Source: Azolla caroliniana (Eukaryota > Plantae > Polypodiophyta). From it: a stretch of 64,000 nt of DNA. The DNA is taken from the NCBI GenBank assembly GCA_043228905.1, contig JBHGNT010000001.1:1240001-1304000 (forward strand), given 5' to 3'. Positions 1 to 12,962 of the stretch are shown here, piece after piece (position 1 is the first letter of the stretch; the number at the start of each line of letters is the position of its first letter). Both the position numbers and the translations under genes were made by a program. A model generated the notes under the pieces. It worked only from the letters and a program-made list of their open reading frames with translations. It was not told the origin of the DNA and did no database searches.

Positions 1-969
1 TTATTAGAAATTAGCTCACCCTAATGGTAAGTTGTTATGCTACTATTGCCTATGTCATGTTTTCTTCATATTCTCAAATATATGTTTTATGAGTTTTTGA
101 ACGTTTGATTATAATTTATAATAACATATTTTGATTCAATCTCTATAGTTCATACTAATTTTTTTGTAAAGTTCTAAAGTGAGGATGATAGAGATGTCTT
201 GATTCTTAAAAAGTGTCCCAAAGTATGCATGTGATACAATGCAAATATTGCAACGATACTTATGTTGGTAGTTCACAATGGATTAGAGTCCACTTATTGG
301 GATTGAGAGTGAATCAATACATATACAATATAGACCATAGTCAATCCAATCCAACTTTGAAATGATTTACCATACACGTTTGATTGAATCATTCTCGAAT
401 GTGAATGCACGTATGGTTCATTCTATGGTTGCTCCTTTGGGCTCCAATCTCCTTTCGCAAGGAAATTCATATATTTCATGTAGACCTTGTCACTATCTAA
501 ATAGTAGCTCTTTTCGTATCATCAAAAATTGTGCTAACAATGGCTTAACATGATTCTCCTTCTTTCCTATTCCAACTAACTCTATTTAATAGCAACAATT
601 TGCTTCGTTTTTGTCTTTTATGTAACTCTTTGGCATCTAATGCATCCTTTGATGTGAGTTTGGGTGCACAACACTCATTGACATTTTCTTTCAATGTCTT
701 CTCTCCATTTCATCATGATTGCATTTAAGATTGTTATTTTCGCGCTTAAGTTCAAGATTGTTATTTTCTTAAGTTCATGAGAGAGAGAGAGAGGCGTAAA
801 GTTTAGCTCGAGAGAATTGTAAAATGAGGAAGAACCCCAACAAAAGGTTATAGTTTCACCTTTAACAAAATAAAATAAAATTTAACAAAATAAAATTTAT
901 GGCCCTTTAACGATTGGCTAGGTAAAGGGTTTATAAATGTTACCTTTATACCCCAATGCAATGTTATGC

Positions 970-972
<3 letters not shown>

Positions 973-1012
<40 letters not shown>
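973..1012. repeat. (GT)n microsatellite
   Basis: About 20 perfect GT units. Confidence 0.95.
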
Positions 1013-1014
<2 letters not shown>

Positions 1015-1099
1015 TTGTTGCTCTACTTCTACAAGGAGTCTTTAGTGTATACTCGGACCATAGTGTTGACAAAGAGATGTCAAATGGATACTAAACAAT

Positions 1100-1900
1100 G
1101 ATGTAGAGTGGGGGAAGTTGCAAAGGATTTGTTTTCGAGATTTGTCCAATTTAGAAGAATTGTACCATGGGCGTGCCATGTTTTACAATTTGCAAAATCT
1201 GTGTTTGTCCTAATGGTTGAGGTAATGAAAATTACACCATTGAGTTTTGAGGATTATTACACCACCAAGGGGAAACTAAGGATTTTATGCATGTTTGTAG
1301 AAGAACATGCAATATTGAGGGAGCGCTTTATCCAATGTCCTCAAATAATCAAGGTTCACACATGGTAGCGCTACTTCAACACTCAAGCTTCCAACCTTAT
1401 TCAAATGTCATGAAAATGATTGAGAGCATCACTGTCAACATATAGTTCAAGACTCATGATATTCATTGATCTTGTTTTTAATGATATGATACATTGTGAG
1501 GGTGTTCCTAACATATTATGGGCTTTGCTTTCTCAATAATATGTAAACTCATCTCGAAATAGAGTTACGTAGTGAAGTTTTATAATGTGAAAGAAATGTA
1601 AATATCCATAGATTGTTTGTAGATCCTAGTGTTGGAAGCTGAAAGAATGATTTTCAAGTACAATTGAGGTACATTTTATAAAATACCCTCATTCCTAATA
1701 TATATTGAAGTGCTAGTATTGAACTTGCTTAAATGCATTGGATATTCAGAAGGTATGAAGTCCACTGGTTATGATGTTATTCAATTTCACTAAAAGAGTC
1801 TACAAGTATTCTCCTAAACTTAGCATCTTTATATTACTATCTTTATTTCTACACTACATAAAAGAAGTTTGCCTTGTTATACAAATCACCTGGTGCAAAT
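1100..1900 (+). mobile_element. Possible highly decayed hAT-type transposase relic
   Basis: PWACHVLQF resembles the hAT CxxHxL(Q/N)L motif. Frames are broken and no TIRs were identified. Confidence 0.25.
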
Positions 1901-3249
1901 GAAGAAAATGCCATGATTGCTGAGCAACAATAAAACTTCAGTCAAGTAGTAAATATTGAAAGCATCAATAGTGGGGTACGGCAATTCATGTGATGAAATC
2001 ATAATATCAACATGTAAAACTTTATATCCACATCATCAAACAAGTAAAAAAAGGTTTTGAAACGGACAAACAAGTTCAACTCACGCCAACAAAATATGAG
2101 CACGATTGTATAAAAAGTCTTGTGGAAGATATCTAATAATACTTAGTTGGATTTATTACCCAATGTGCACATGCATAACAAGTAGCCTTTTATTCGTACT
2201 TCAAATAAATATGTCGCCTATGTATCAATATTGGTATATTTACACAACAATTTTAAACACCTCTATTAACAAAACAAAATTTTGAAGCTCTCATAAAAAC
2301 TTCATATATATATATATATATATATATAGTATTTTGAAACATTTGATTCAAGACTATACATGTGTCGAACATTTTTGTTTATTCCCAAACTTTGTTAATT
2401 TGATATGAAGTTTTACCAACTTCATATGAAAACATCCTTTCATTAGTAGACATTTGAATAAATAAATACTCATTTATGTCTACATGATGTTTTATCTGTT
2501 TCCCCTTATGTAGAATGCACGTGCTACTAGATAGCTTTCAAGAGCTACTGCTGACATGTGTGTACGCATATGTTGTAAGTTGTGACATGTGGCTAAAAAT
2601 CCATGTGCATATCTATTATGGTTATCTAATATTAGTCAATACTTACAATTTTTCTTATAAGTATGCATTCATTCTACTTTCAAAGTCATTGTCTGGTGAC
2701 CTAGCAAATACATGTACCCATTCTATGCCATCACAATAGGATCGTCATAATAAAAAAAACTACATAACAGTTACTTGTATAAGTCTGCAACAATTCATGA
2801 ATAATCAACTAATTAAAGAGAGCCATAAATTTACTCAAAATCAAATTTAGCGATTTTGTAATTTCAATAATCAATCTTCTCAAGTAAACCCATTCCGATC
2901 ACAATCACAATCGAATCACACTTGCACTTAAAAAATCACAATCTTATTCTTATCGCAGTGGTCATAAACTTTGAATCTCAAGCTTGTTGCAAAGTATGTT
3001 TAGATTCTATAATTTTGTTAAGTATGACCACCTCATTCTAGGTGGCAATTTGAAACTCCATTTCAATGTAGAATTAGATATTGAAGAAAATGAATTTGAT
3101 GACAAGAAGATACGGTTAAAGAGGAAAAGGCTAGATGTGGTACACTATTGCAAAAATAAACTATATTCATAAAGTAAAATTCTCAATGGCATCTTCCTAG
3201 GGTAACTTTTTACACTGCAAGGGTATCGTTAGAGGTAACCCTCCATCGT

Positions 3250-4350
3250 CTATCCCTGAAACAGTCAACTAATTGTCTTGGATTCAGTATGGAAATGCTC
3301 AATGCAAGAGAGAATTGTTAGTGTAACCTAATAATAAAATTGAATATGATTTAGATAAAGTCAACTTTTGCATGTAGCTTGAGCACCAAACTTTGAATCT
3401 CTCTGGGCATGGACCTATCGATGAATCAACGAAGTCTCAAGTCAATAGTTCCAAGGAAACCACACTGTCACCAATAACATGATTGCAAGAGTTTAATTAT
3501 AAGGAACAAGGTGTGTATTTGGATAACATAGTACTATATTCAAAGCTTTAATCATTAAGGCATCACAATATTATATTCAAAATAGAAGTATTACAACCTT
3601 GAAGGGCCTTCTCGATGATATATGTAGCACCAATTGTAGAAGCCACAATTTGCTCAATTTTAGTGAATACAAATCCTTCAGACCTTTCTAATATTACCAA
3701 ATCCCATGAACCCAGATGGTTGTTCCCCCCTCCCGTTAGATGAAAGAGGGGTGTGAATGACATGAGATAATAGAGAACAAAAATGTGGGCTATTGAATGT
3801 AGGTGATGTGTAAGATAAATAAGTGATGTCACCCATATGGAAGTAGGCAAGGACTACCTGATAAAGTCTAATTAGGAACATGTACATTACCCTAAACATG
3901 TTCTTGAATAGGAAAGAAATTAAACTTTGTGTAAGACTTTAACACAACATGATGCCCTCATCTTTCAAACCACCTCACATATAGTTATCTTTCCTTTTGT
4001 GCTAGTTTTCTCAACAAATCACAAATGGAGGCTTTCTATTCTCTATTTGAAAGGAGTTGTAATTTGTGTCTGTGGTTGCCTCCTACTTTTGCAATTTTTT
4101 TAACATTCATATTCATCAATGCCCAAATACCTCAAATTTGATTATTGAGGCCTTTCACCCCAACACAAGAATTAATATGCCATTGTCCTAATACTACAAC
4201 ATTGCCATATTTAGTGGTTGACTAGGAAGACTTCTCCAACACATGGTTTGGATGGGGACCCTGGTTGTCAACATACAACAAGTGTGAAAATATCATGATG
4301 ACCAATGGAGTCGTGCGAAACTATTAATTGCCATGCTTAATAATCCTCAA
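3250..4350 (-). mobile_element. Decayed LINE reverse-transcriptase relic
   Basis: Minus-strand fragments resemble LINE RT motifs (KSYxKxNF..F, GCNTSIL, PLS..GE), with many stops. Boundaries are approximate. Confidence 0.35.
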
Positions 4351-6930
4351 TGCAAGAGGGGAAAGAACTACTTGATAGATATTTTAAATATGAATCAAGA
4401 AAATTACTATTGTAACTTGATTACAAAACCAAATTTATGATTTGATGCAAGACTTGATACCGATTGGAAGTTAATATGTATGTTTATTGGGTGGGGGGTG
4501 GAGCCAAGAACAACTCCACCCCCCTCCCAAGGGGAGTTTTGCGTGAGGAAGAGAGAAACAATGACACAGAAACGAGAGGGAAAAATTCTATATTTCATTA
4601 CATGCCCCATAGAGGGTTTATATAATGTGACTGTTACATTCTTGTACACATGCAAATAATTGTGCATGTATTCATACACATATTTATCCTCACTCACACT
4701 CGTATACATTACACATATACCACAACCCTTTTATCGTGTTTGACCCTTACTTTGCCTTGTACACTCCTATGAGTAAGAATGTATGCAGGGCTTGTATGAC
4801 TAAACAACATGAATCTTCATGGGCATTGTAGATTGTAGTCCAAGACTCACTACTCATCTTTTGTGTGAAGAGGTTGACTAAATACATAATGTCCTTCTTG
4901 AAATTCAACAATTAAAGGAGGCTTGAAATCTTCTAGATCTTGGTGACAATGATGTTGCAATAATATAGCAATAATGAGCTAAAGTTTGAAAATTTTGATG
5001 TGGGCCTTTCAAGTTGATAGTATAGTCTCCTAGGGAAGACTTTTTAAATTATCATACACATTTCTAGAGCATTCAAATAAATTCCACTATCTATTTAGAA
5101 CAATCAAGGACTTACGAAACCTTTACCTATATACTTCCTCAAAACAAAATCTCGATCTTTTTAGAAACTTCTTGGAATCAAGTTATTCCAAGCAAGAATG
5201 ATATCATGTTCACCACAATTGTTACGAGAAATGCATATAATTAATCGATAAATCTTTCATGAATTTATACATGAACTCCATTTACATATTGATTCTATAT
5301 TATGCATTTTGTTAGTTGATTTGGTGAAATGAATCCTGCATCCATGCAATTGGAATAAGTAGTCACAAGAAAAGTCAATTTGAGATGCCACCATGATATC
5401 TTTGGGAGTTTTAAGCCTTTAGGTTCCACGAAACATAATCATACTAATGTGAGTATGATGCGAAAAATCATTTCATGACTCTATGTTCAATCATTCTCTA
5501 CTATCATTAGTCAGTGTGTACCTAATGTAATGGAATATGTGGAACTCTTGCTCTTTGCTCTTGTTTAACAACATTAGTTAAGGCCATATTTGATGTTGAG
5601 ATTGATTTTTGAAACTTGCATTGAGAAATATATCATTGAATGTATATATTATGATTCAACACACATTCGTTTATGAAGCTAGTGTTAGAAGCTCATTGAA
5701 GAACGTACATTATCGGCTGGATGTCAAGTTTCGACAAGTTGTATATCTGTATTTATAGAGCCATAATGAAATTTTGTATTTGTGTGTTCATGATGTTATA
5801 AGTGGCCCATGGATTGACATAAACTTACATTGTAATAAAATGGCTAGTAGACATAGGTAAGATGCCTCTTACCCTTGCCCCCTGCCCCACTATTTTTCTT
5901 ACCCTTGATTGGAGTTCACTTCATATGCATGTTTGTCTCTATGTAAAGAAATCTATATGAGAGAAAGATATTGCACTATATTTAGTAACTCTAGAGTATG
6001 TGAGGTTGATGGCTCGTGAGTTGTCCTAGGTGTTGGTATTCAAAACAATTTTATGGATGTTCGGATTAATTCCTCCCTTTTTGTGCGAGCCTACCAGTAA
6101 CTTTACCGAGTGAACCGAAAGTTTTCGACATCCAAATGGTATTATGCATGTTCCAATACAACAATATGCCAGAACACAAGTTTTGACATCAAAGTAGTAG
6201 GCATATTCACTCTATGTTGGAAAGTAAATGATCTCAACATGCTTTGTTTCCCTTATGGTAGACAAATGCTATCAATCCATGTGGATAAATAGATTTGCAA
6301 ATTGCTATCAACCAATATGGATACATAGATTTGCAAAATTCTTTTCTTGACCAGTAATAGTTATAGACCTTTGTTAAGCCGACAACTATTAAGGTCCTCT
6401 AGGAAAAAGGGCACTGACAAGAGAAAAAGATGAGTACCTTCTTTCGTTGACTAGATAATAGGTAGGGAATTTTGAGGAAACATTGAAATGTAATAACCGT
6501 GCACATACATTACCTTAAGGACCAAGCTAGGTATGAAAATAGGAAAAAGGGGAAAATTTTACTAGGATTCTTTTGTAGAAGTAAAGAAGACACAGTGTTG
6601 GCTTCTTGTCTTACCTTTTAAGAGAAAGTAGTGATGGGGTTCCTTGCTCAAGTAAAGACAGAAGTGTCCAAAAAAATGCAAGGGTGGAGAGAGAGTGAGA
6701 GAGAGAATTGAGCTCCCCAATACTAATTATTCCTCAATGCCGCATATAAAATTTTACTCACTCTCTATACTCTTAGACGTTATACTATCTAGGTCTTATT
6801 AATTTCCTTCGACCCATCCCCAGAGCACATTACATCGAATGACATTGACAAAATTAATTACCTTTTTATATCTTTCTTGGTATCTGAGTGGAGTCCTTAA
6901 GCTTGTGTTTGAACATGATCGTTGAAGGCC

Positions 6931-8310
6931 ATGTCTTCATATAAATTATTATTAGTCTTTCTCATGGTTCACATAATCTATACCTATGCGACCTTTGCTA
7001 ATCTACAGGGTAAGAGTGTATATGAGTCGGCATCTTTACTAATTTTTTTTAACAAATTCGTATCAACATAATCTCTCTTATATGATTTCTTGTTACCGAA
7101 GAAAATTAAGAATATTGAAGTGGCCTACACCCACATCCACATTCTCTCGAGAGCGTGGGTGTGGATGTCAATAACTTCACATAAGCAATATTTGTTTCCT
7201 TGTTCCCAACAATTGGCCTATACTGATGTAGGCTGCCGTTATTTTCAATTTACTTGTACTAATTCGTATCATACATGCCCAAAATTTTGCAGAATCAAGT
7301 TTATCTCATAACTCCGAATCCAATAACATGCAACAAGATATCATTTATCAAGGGAAAACTAAGGTAAGTCATCAATAAGGTATAATCAACGTTCACATGG
7401 TCTAATGATGTCTTTATTAAGTGAAATGAAATGTTGAAATGATCGAGCTATGTAATATGAAATGAATTAATATGGACAAGAGTTACCATCAAACAATATT
7501 AATTACGTGTCACAATGTTGATGACTGCAAAGAAGGACATCATGTGCCATGGAATTAAGCATTGTCATGAGCGCCATCAAATAATTGACATTAATTACCA
7601 TGTGAGCATTTGACATAATCTAGATTGACTATAAATGAGCTACATTTCAATTATGCACATAGTTTGCATTTATCATACTTTGTGTCACACAATCTAGATC
7701 ATCTTTAAATGGTACTCAAAACGAATGCAATGTGAGAATGTTTAAAAAGTAAAGTACATTAGTATATTCAATTAAGCTGTAATAAAGATGACCCATGGAT
7801 ATTAACTTCAACACACACCTCCAAACTACATTACATTGAATGGCAAATGAACATTGGATTTATTGTGCACTCCATGTTAAATTGATACAATCGTGAGGTG
7901 ACTAAATATGAAAACTACATCAAATTAAAGGTATACTTGTACATATGTCAAAAGATCAAGTATGGACAATCTAGATTGTTCTATTGAAATTGCAATGAAC
8001 AAGATATGATTAACATGGTTGTTTTGGCGTAGTGTAGCTAAATGCAATGAGGAAGAATATGATGATACCTTTGCAAATTGCTATGGGGGAAAAGATCGGA
8101 TCACGACCGCCATTATGTTTTGGGAAGTGTAGTGGATGTGTGCCATGCAATCCTGTGCAGGTGACAATGCCGCCTTCTCAACATGGAGGGCCAATAACTA
8201 AACCTAGTTTAACTTTTACACAAGAATCGTCAGTGTACCATGTCCAAGGGCCCCCTTATTACAATGTTGCTTGGAGATGTAGATGTAAAGGCAAAGACTA
8301 TAGCCCTTGA
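6931..8310 (+). CDS. EPIDERMAL PATTERNING FACTOR-like (EPF/EPFL) secreted cysteine-rich peptide; exons 6931-7009, 7293-7363, 8038-8310 (140 aa)
   Basis: Exon 1 encodes a hydrophobic signal peptide (MSSYKLLLVFLMVHIIYTYATFA). GT-AG introns keep frame (phase 1, then 0). The mature domain IGSRPPLCFGKCSGCVPCNPVQV...YYNVAWRCRCKGKDYSP has the six-Cys EPFL pattern. Confidence 0.9.
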
Positions 8311-8899
8311 TCTAACCTTAATCCCTAAATAAAAAGTCCCATTTAGCCAAACATCCTTGGATAGTATAGATGGGGTCTTCTCCTACTTCACACCCCTATT
8401 CAAGCTCACCTAAAGTACATTTTTTACTTCAATCCCTACATCGACAAGTATTCCACACCGTTTTCTTGACATTTTAAACTAATTTATATAACTGAAGCTA
8501 TGATAATATTAGATTTCTGACTCGCTCTGCCCATGTCCTTTCATGCATCTCTCCTCTAATATATTATAGTACTGAAAGATCCTTATACCATTATATTCTT
8601 TATTTCTTTCTCGGATCATGTTTGCCATTAATAGAAAAGACCCTTTAATAACAATTTTATGGGGTTCCATTAGATTATTTTACTAACCTCCCAAGGACAA
8701 TAATGCATCGAGAGAATGCTACTTCTTTAATATACACCATGTTAACTTGAGATTGTTTGTTGCTATGTGACTTTTATTGGCATATAGAATTGTAAGATTA
8801 CTTTCCTATCAATTCTTACACTATGGTTTCTCTTGGTCAATAATATCCTTTTGTTCTATTTGTTGTGAATAACCACAAAATGTCTCTAACTTATTCCCT

Positions 8900-10100
8900 T
8901 CATGTACTTGATATTTTCTTATTCTATCAAAGAAACGAGTTTTAATTGGTACCTCTAACTCTGCATGCCCTACATCAATATTTCCTATTTTGTCACCAAG
9001 GCCTTAACATCAATAATCACTAAATTACTCTTGATTAATTAGTGTTCCTTTGGGTTATCATTGCTAGCAAAAAAATGAAAAAAAACAGCTATTTAGATAA
9101 TACAAATAAAGATGGAGCATAAATATACTAGACCAAACCATTGCCTATGTTTAGTTATAGTGTCTTCTTTCTCGGATTCATATAGATTGAGGAACTATAC
9201 AATCGGTGCTTCACCAATATGTTTGTCTTCACCATCTCAAAGACATCTCAAACACTTGGAGACATTATCGTTAGTTGGATCTCAAAATTCCGTGGGATAG
9301 ATGATGAGTTACTAAATTCGCAACATACAAACATTTTCTCTTTTTGTCCAACTTTCGTAGAGAGATAGATGATATCCAATGGGATCTGAAATTGACTTAC
9401 AAATTAATCAAATGACCTAGGACACTTTTACCTTTTTTTACATTTTCTAATAAATCTTTGGAATATGAAGTTCGAACCAAGCTAAACATGGCCAATTAGA
9501 TGCTTATGATTACTAATAATGTAAATGGAAATCACACTCACAAGTAATCATGAACCACATCTAGAATCTTCGACTATATCTATCAATGAAATAAGATTTT
9601 TACCAATGACTATTGCGAACACTAGAGTTGATAGATTATTCAAGAGGATGTTGTGTCAAGGGGAACTCTTGATCCATGAAATAGAGCTCTTGAATATAAG
9701 AGAGTGAAGCTTGATGATACCTATATGTACTAAACTTAGCTCATACAGTACAAAGTTTGCAAATAAGATTTAACGGAATAGAAATAATAGTAGGAACTAG
9801 CTCTTTATATCCTAGATTGTCCAACCAAAGTTTTAATTTTGGCTGGAGTTATCTATTTAACAAATCTTGTAGTTGGCTCAAACCTTAAAAACTATTGTTG
9901 TGGGTTGGGATTGAGGCCTACAAGGATTATGAAAAATAATAAGAGAGATGAAAACATGATTGTCTTTTTTCTTTAGTAATTCTTTGTATTAATGGTGGGA
10001 AACCTCAAGATGAGGCAACCCCACAAAAATATACTAATGTCCAAAGTCGCTCTAAAAAGCATTAAAGTAAAATTCAAAAGTTGTCACTATAAATATCATG
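8900..10100 (-). mobile_element. Decayed LINE RT relic
   Basis: Interrupted minus-strand fragments such as LGHLINL resemble the LINE RT GLxINxxKS region. No intact ORF. Confidence 0.3.
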
Positions 10101-11008
10101 GGACCAAAGATAATCATACAATTATTGCCTCAAAGAGTGCTTGACAAAACTGAATTCATTAAAAACGAATTGATCAAAGACTGTGGTTGCGTGATAACCA
10201 TGTAGTGCATAATTCCCAAAATCTTACCCAATTTAGAGATTGGATTTATAACTAGGCAGCTTTGCAACTGAGACCAAATATGTAGAAATACTTACCAAAA
10301 TGGAGTCCTGGGGGAGAACGAGAGAGGTATTGCCTTAACCCCCTAGGAAATGCTTCGTGCTATGGCTGTTCCATAGAAGATGGTTAACAGATTCTAAACT
10401 ATGCTTGCATTATTAGTATCTTTGCCATGGCAAAGTTAATATCATGGCACTATGATATGATGTCCATTCTCTACAAAGCTAATTTAAAATTGGACGAATG
10501 TCACTTCACCATATACACTGGAATAGAATGTGGCATTCAGCATATACACTGGAATAGAATGGGATCAATATCTACTAGTTCAATGCAAATGGAGAATATT
10601 CATTGGAATCATCTTTTTCATTCTACATCTACGACCCATATAGTCTGATTTCCTAGAGTGATTTGCAGCTAAAAAATGCAATAAGATGATAATAGTAAAG
10701 GAAATATACATCCATATATTTTAGCTTTAACTTTGTTCCTTCAACAATCTACAAAGTTAAAGAAAGCCTGATCAGCTGCATTCGAGAATTCTTGAACCTC
10801 TTGTTAATTGAACCAATGTCCTGACTAACATTAATATTTCATTCCTCTTTAACCAAAAATTTAGGTTCCGAGGCAAATAAAAGAATTCGATGGTCTTTGC
10901 TACTATTACCAGCACTACAATACAACTACCTTTATTGCCACCACTACTTGGGTCAAAGCAAAAAAGGCTGCCTAACGTTTTGGGCTTATTGGGCCATGGG
11001 AAGAGAGG

Positions 11009-12962
11009 CTACTTAGCTATTTGGCCTTCTCGGGCTGTGGCAAAATCGGCATAATTGCGATCATTTAAAGAATGGAGAAAAAGGGCCATCTGGCCCTCTT
11101 TGTTTTCCATTCCTACAATATGCTCATACACAACCTCGTGCTTGAAGATGCGTATCTCCTCCTGGTATCCTTCCTGAGAAACCTCTTCATGTATTCCAAA
11201 CCATTTTTCATTATATGTTGAATATATGCACTCATCAAGAAACAATCCAAGCTCTGGTGCCGTGGGAATTGTGACATTCAAATCCCTGGGAAATGTTGGT
11301 AAAAACAAATAGAAATGTGTTTTACTGAAAGCTTGACTATTCTTAAATCATTGATATTAAGTCATGGCGCAAATACTTAAAAACATAATATGAAAACAAT
11401 GTAGATACAAGAAATCATCGAGACTTCACACAATATTTCATTGTGAGCTGAAAATTTTCACAAAGGAAGTAAAAGAACAAGTGACTCCAAAATACCCGAG
11501 TTTTTCTTTATTTCACCTCGTGACATTACCCTAAATGCTCTTGGTCCAACACATCTGGAGGAATCAAGCCATTATATTGTCACTTCATCTCCTTCTTTGG
11601 TGTTGACCTGGTGTACTGGGGGCCAATGGAGAAAAACTCAGGTATTTTGGAATTTTTTCCCGACTCTTCTTTTTCCATGTGAACTCATACCTATCCATCA
11701 TCTTTTAATCTCTTCAAATTCTTTCCATTATTCAGATCAGGTGAGTGATACAGTTAAAACAAAGCATACCTTCTCAATGCCATATCTATGATGGACTCAG
11801 GAGCGGAGCCTCGGAAGACAGCTATAGCAACACCTATCATTTTCCTTATCTGGTGAAGCATAAAGCTTTGTCCTACTACAACACAGCTTACCAACTCCAT
11901 ATCTCTTACATTCGACACAGTTCCCACCTCAAAAGAGATTACAGAACGCATTGCACGAGGGTCATCTGGCCTTATCCTTGAAGTGAAATTATGGAAATTA
12001 TGAACACCAACGAATCGATTTAAAATACGATTTAATCTTTTCCTGTCGCATTCTCTGAAATTGAAACTACTTACCTTTTTTCCTTCAACTAAACAGTGAA
12101 GTTCTTCCACATTTTCTACTGAAGAAAGGCTAACACTTTCTTGAACGACAACTGACGCCATACCAGGGCTTAAGCTATCATCAACACAATCCGAACGAGA
12201 ACTATGGTTTCCTTGCTTTTCATTCATAGCTTGTTTACTATCCCATCCATTGGCAAAATCCCTTTGTATTTTCCTGCCTCTCTCACAACACTCCACGCAT
12301 TTCATAAATGACCCTTCTTTTCCTTCACTAGCTATCACACTCTCTCTATCTCTGTGAGTGGTCGGGTCCAATGCAAAGGATGGAATAACATACTCATACC
12401 TTCTTCGATCACAAAACCTTTTTGCACTAAACGATGACGTGACATTCTTATATCCGAGCAATCTAATCTTTTTAGGCAAATAGCTATTTACTCTTTCAAC
12501 AAATCCAGGCGGATCTACAAAGAAAAGTCCAGATACAACTTGACAAACAGCACTAACACCTTTATCTGTTCTAGCAGCTCGTGTCCAATCAACTCTTCGA
12601 GGATTATCACCATAGTTATCAGGCATTGCCCCTGATCTTATAAGGGCCTTTTCTAACTCGCCCTCAATTGTTATAGCCCCAGGATTCTTTTGCATACCTT
12701 GAAACCCTCCACCACAATACGATAAAAACATCGCAATCTTCATTCGCTTTTGTGTGCATCTCAAGGTAGTATGTCCATCTTCATCTTGGCTGTCCGTTTT
12801 TTCCATTTTTATACCTTGACCACTGCTGCATTGATTATCTTTGTAGCAATTAGCTCCCGTTTCCATGTCTCTCACATGACTGTCTGCGGTTTCCGACTCT
12901 ATGCCTCGATCATATGCTTCTATGAATTGGCTGTCTATGGACGGACTAGTTACAATTTCCAT
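11009..12962 (-). CDS. tRNA pseudouridine synthase, TruA/PUS1 family; exons 12962-11770 and 11285-11009 (489 aa)
   Basis: Motifs KIAMFLSYCGGGFQGMQKN, AARTDKGVSA (catalytic Asp), RRYEY, GVHNFHNFT, GQSFMLHQIRKMIG and IPTAPELGLFLDEC. A phase-2 GT-AG intron at 11769-11286 joins the two ORFs in frame. Confidence 0.9.

Noticed and set aside
4430-4900. Possible solo LTR on the minus strand
   Set aside because: TATA-like and CT-rich features are present, but termini and TSD could not be defined.
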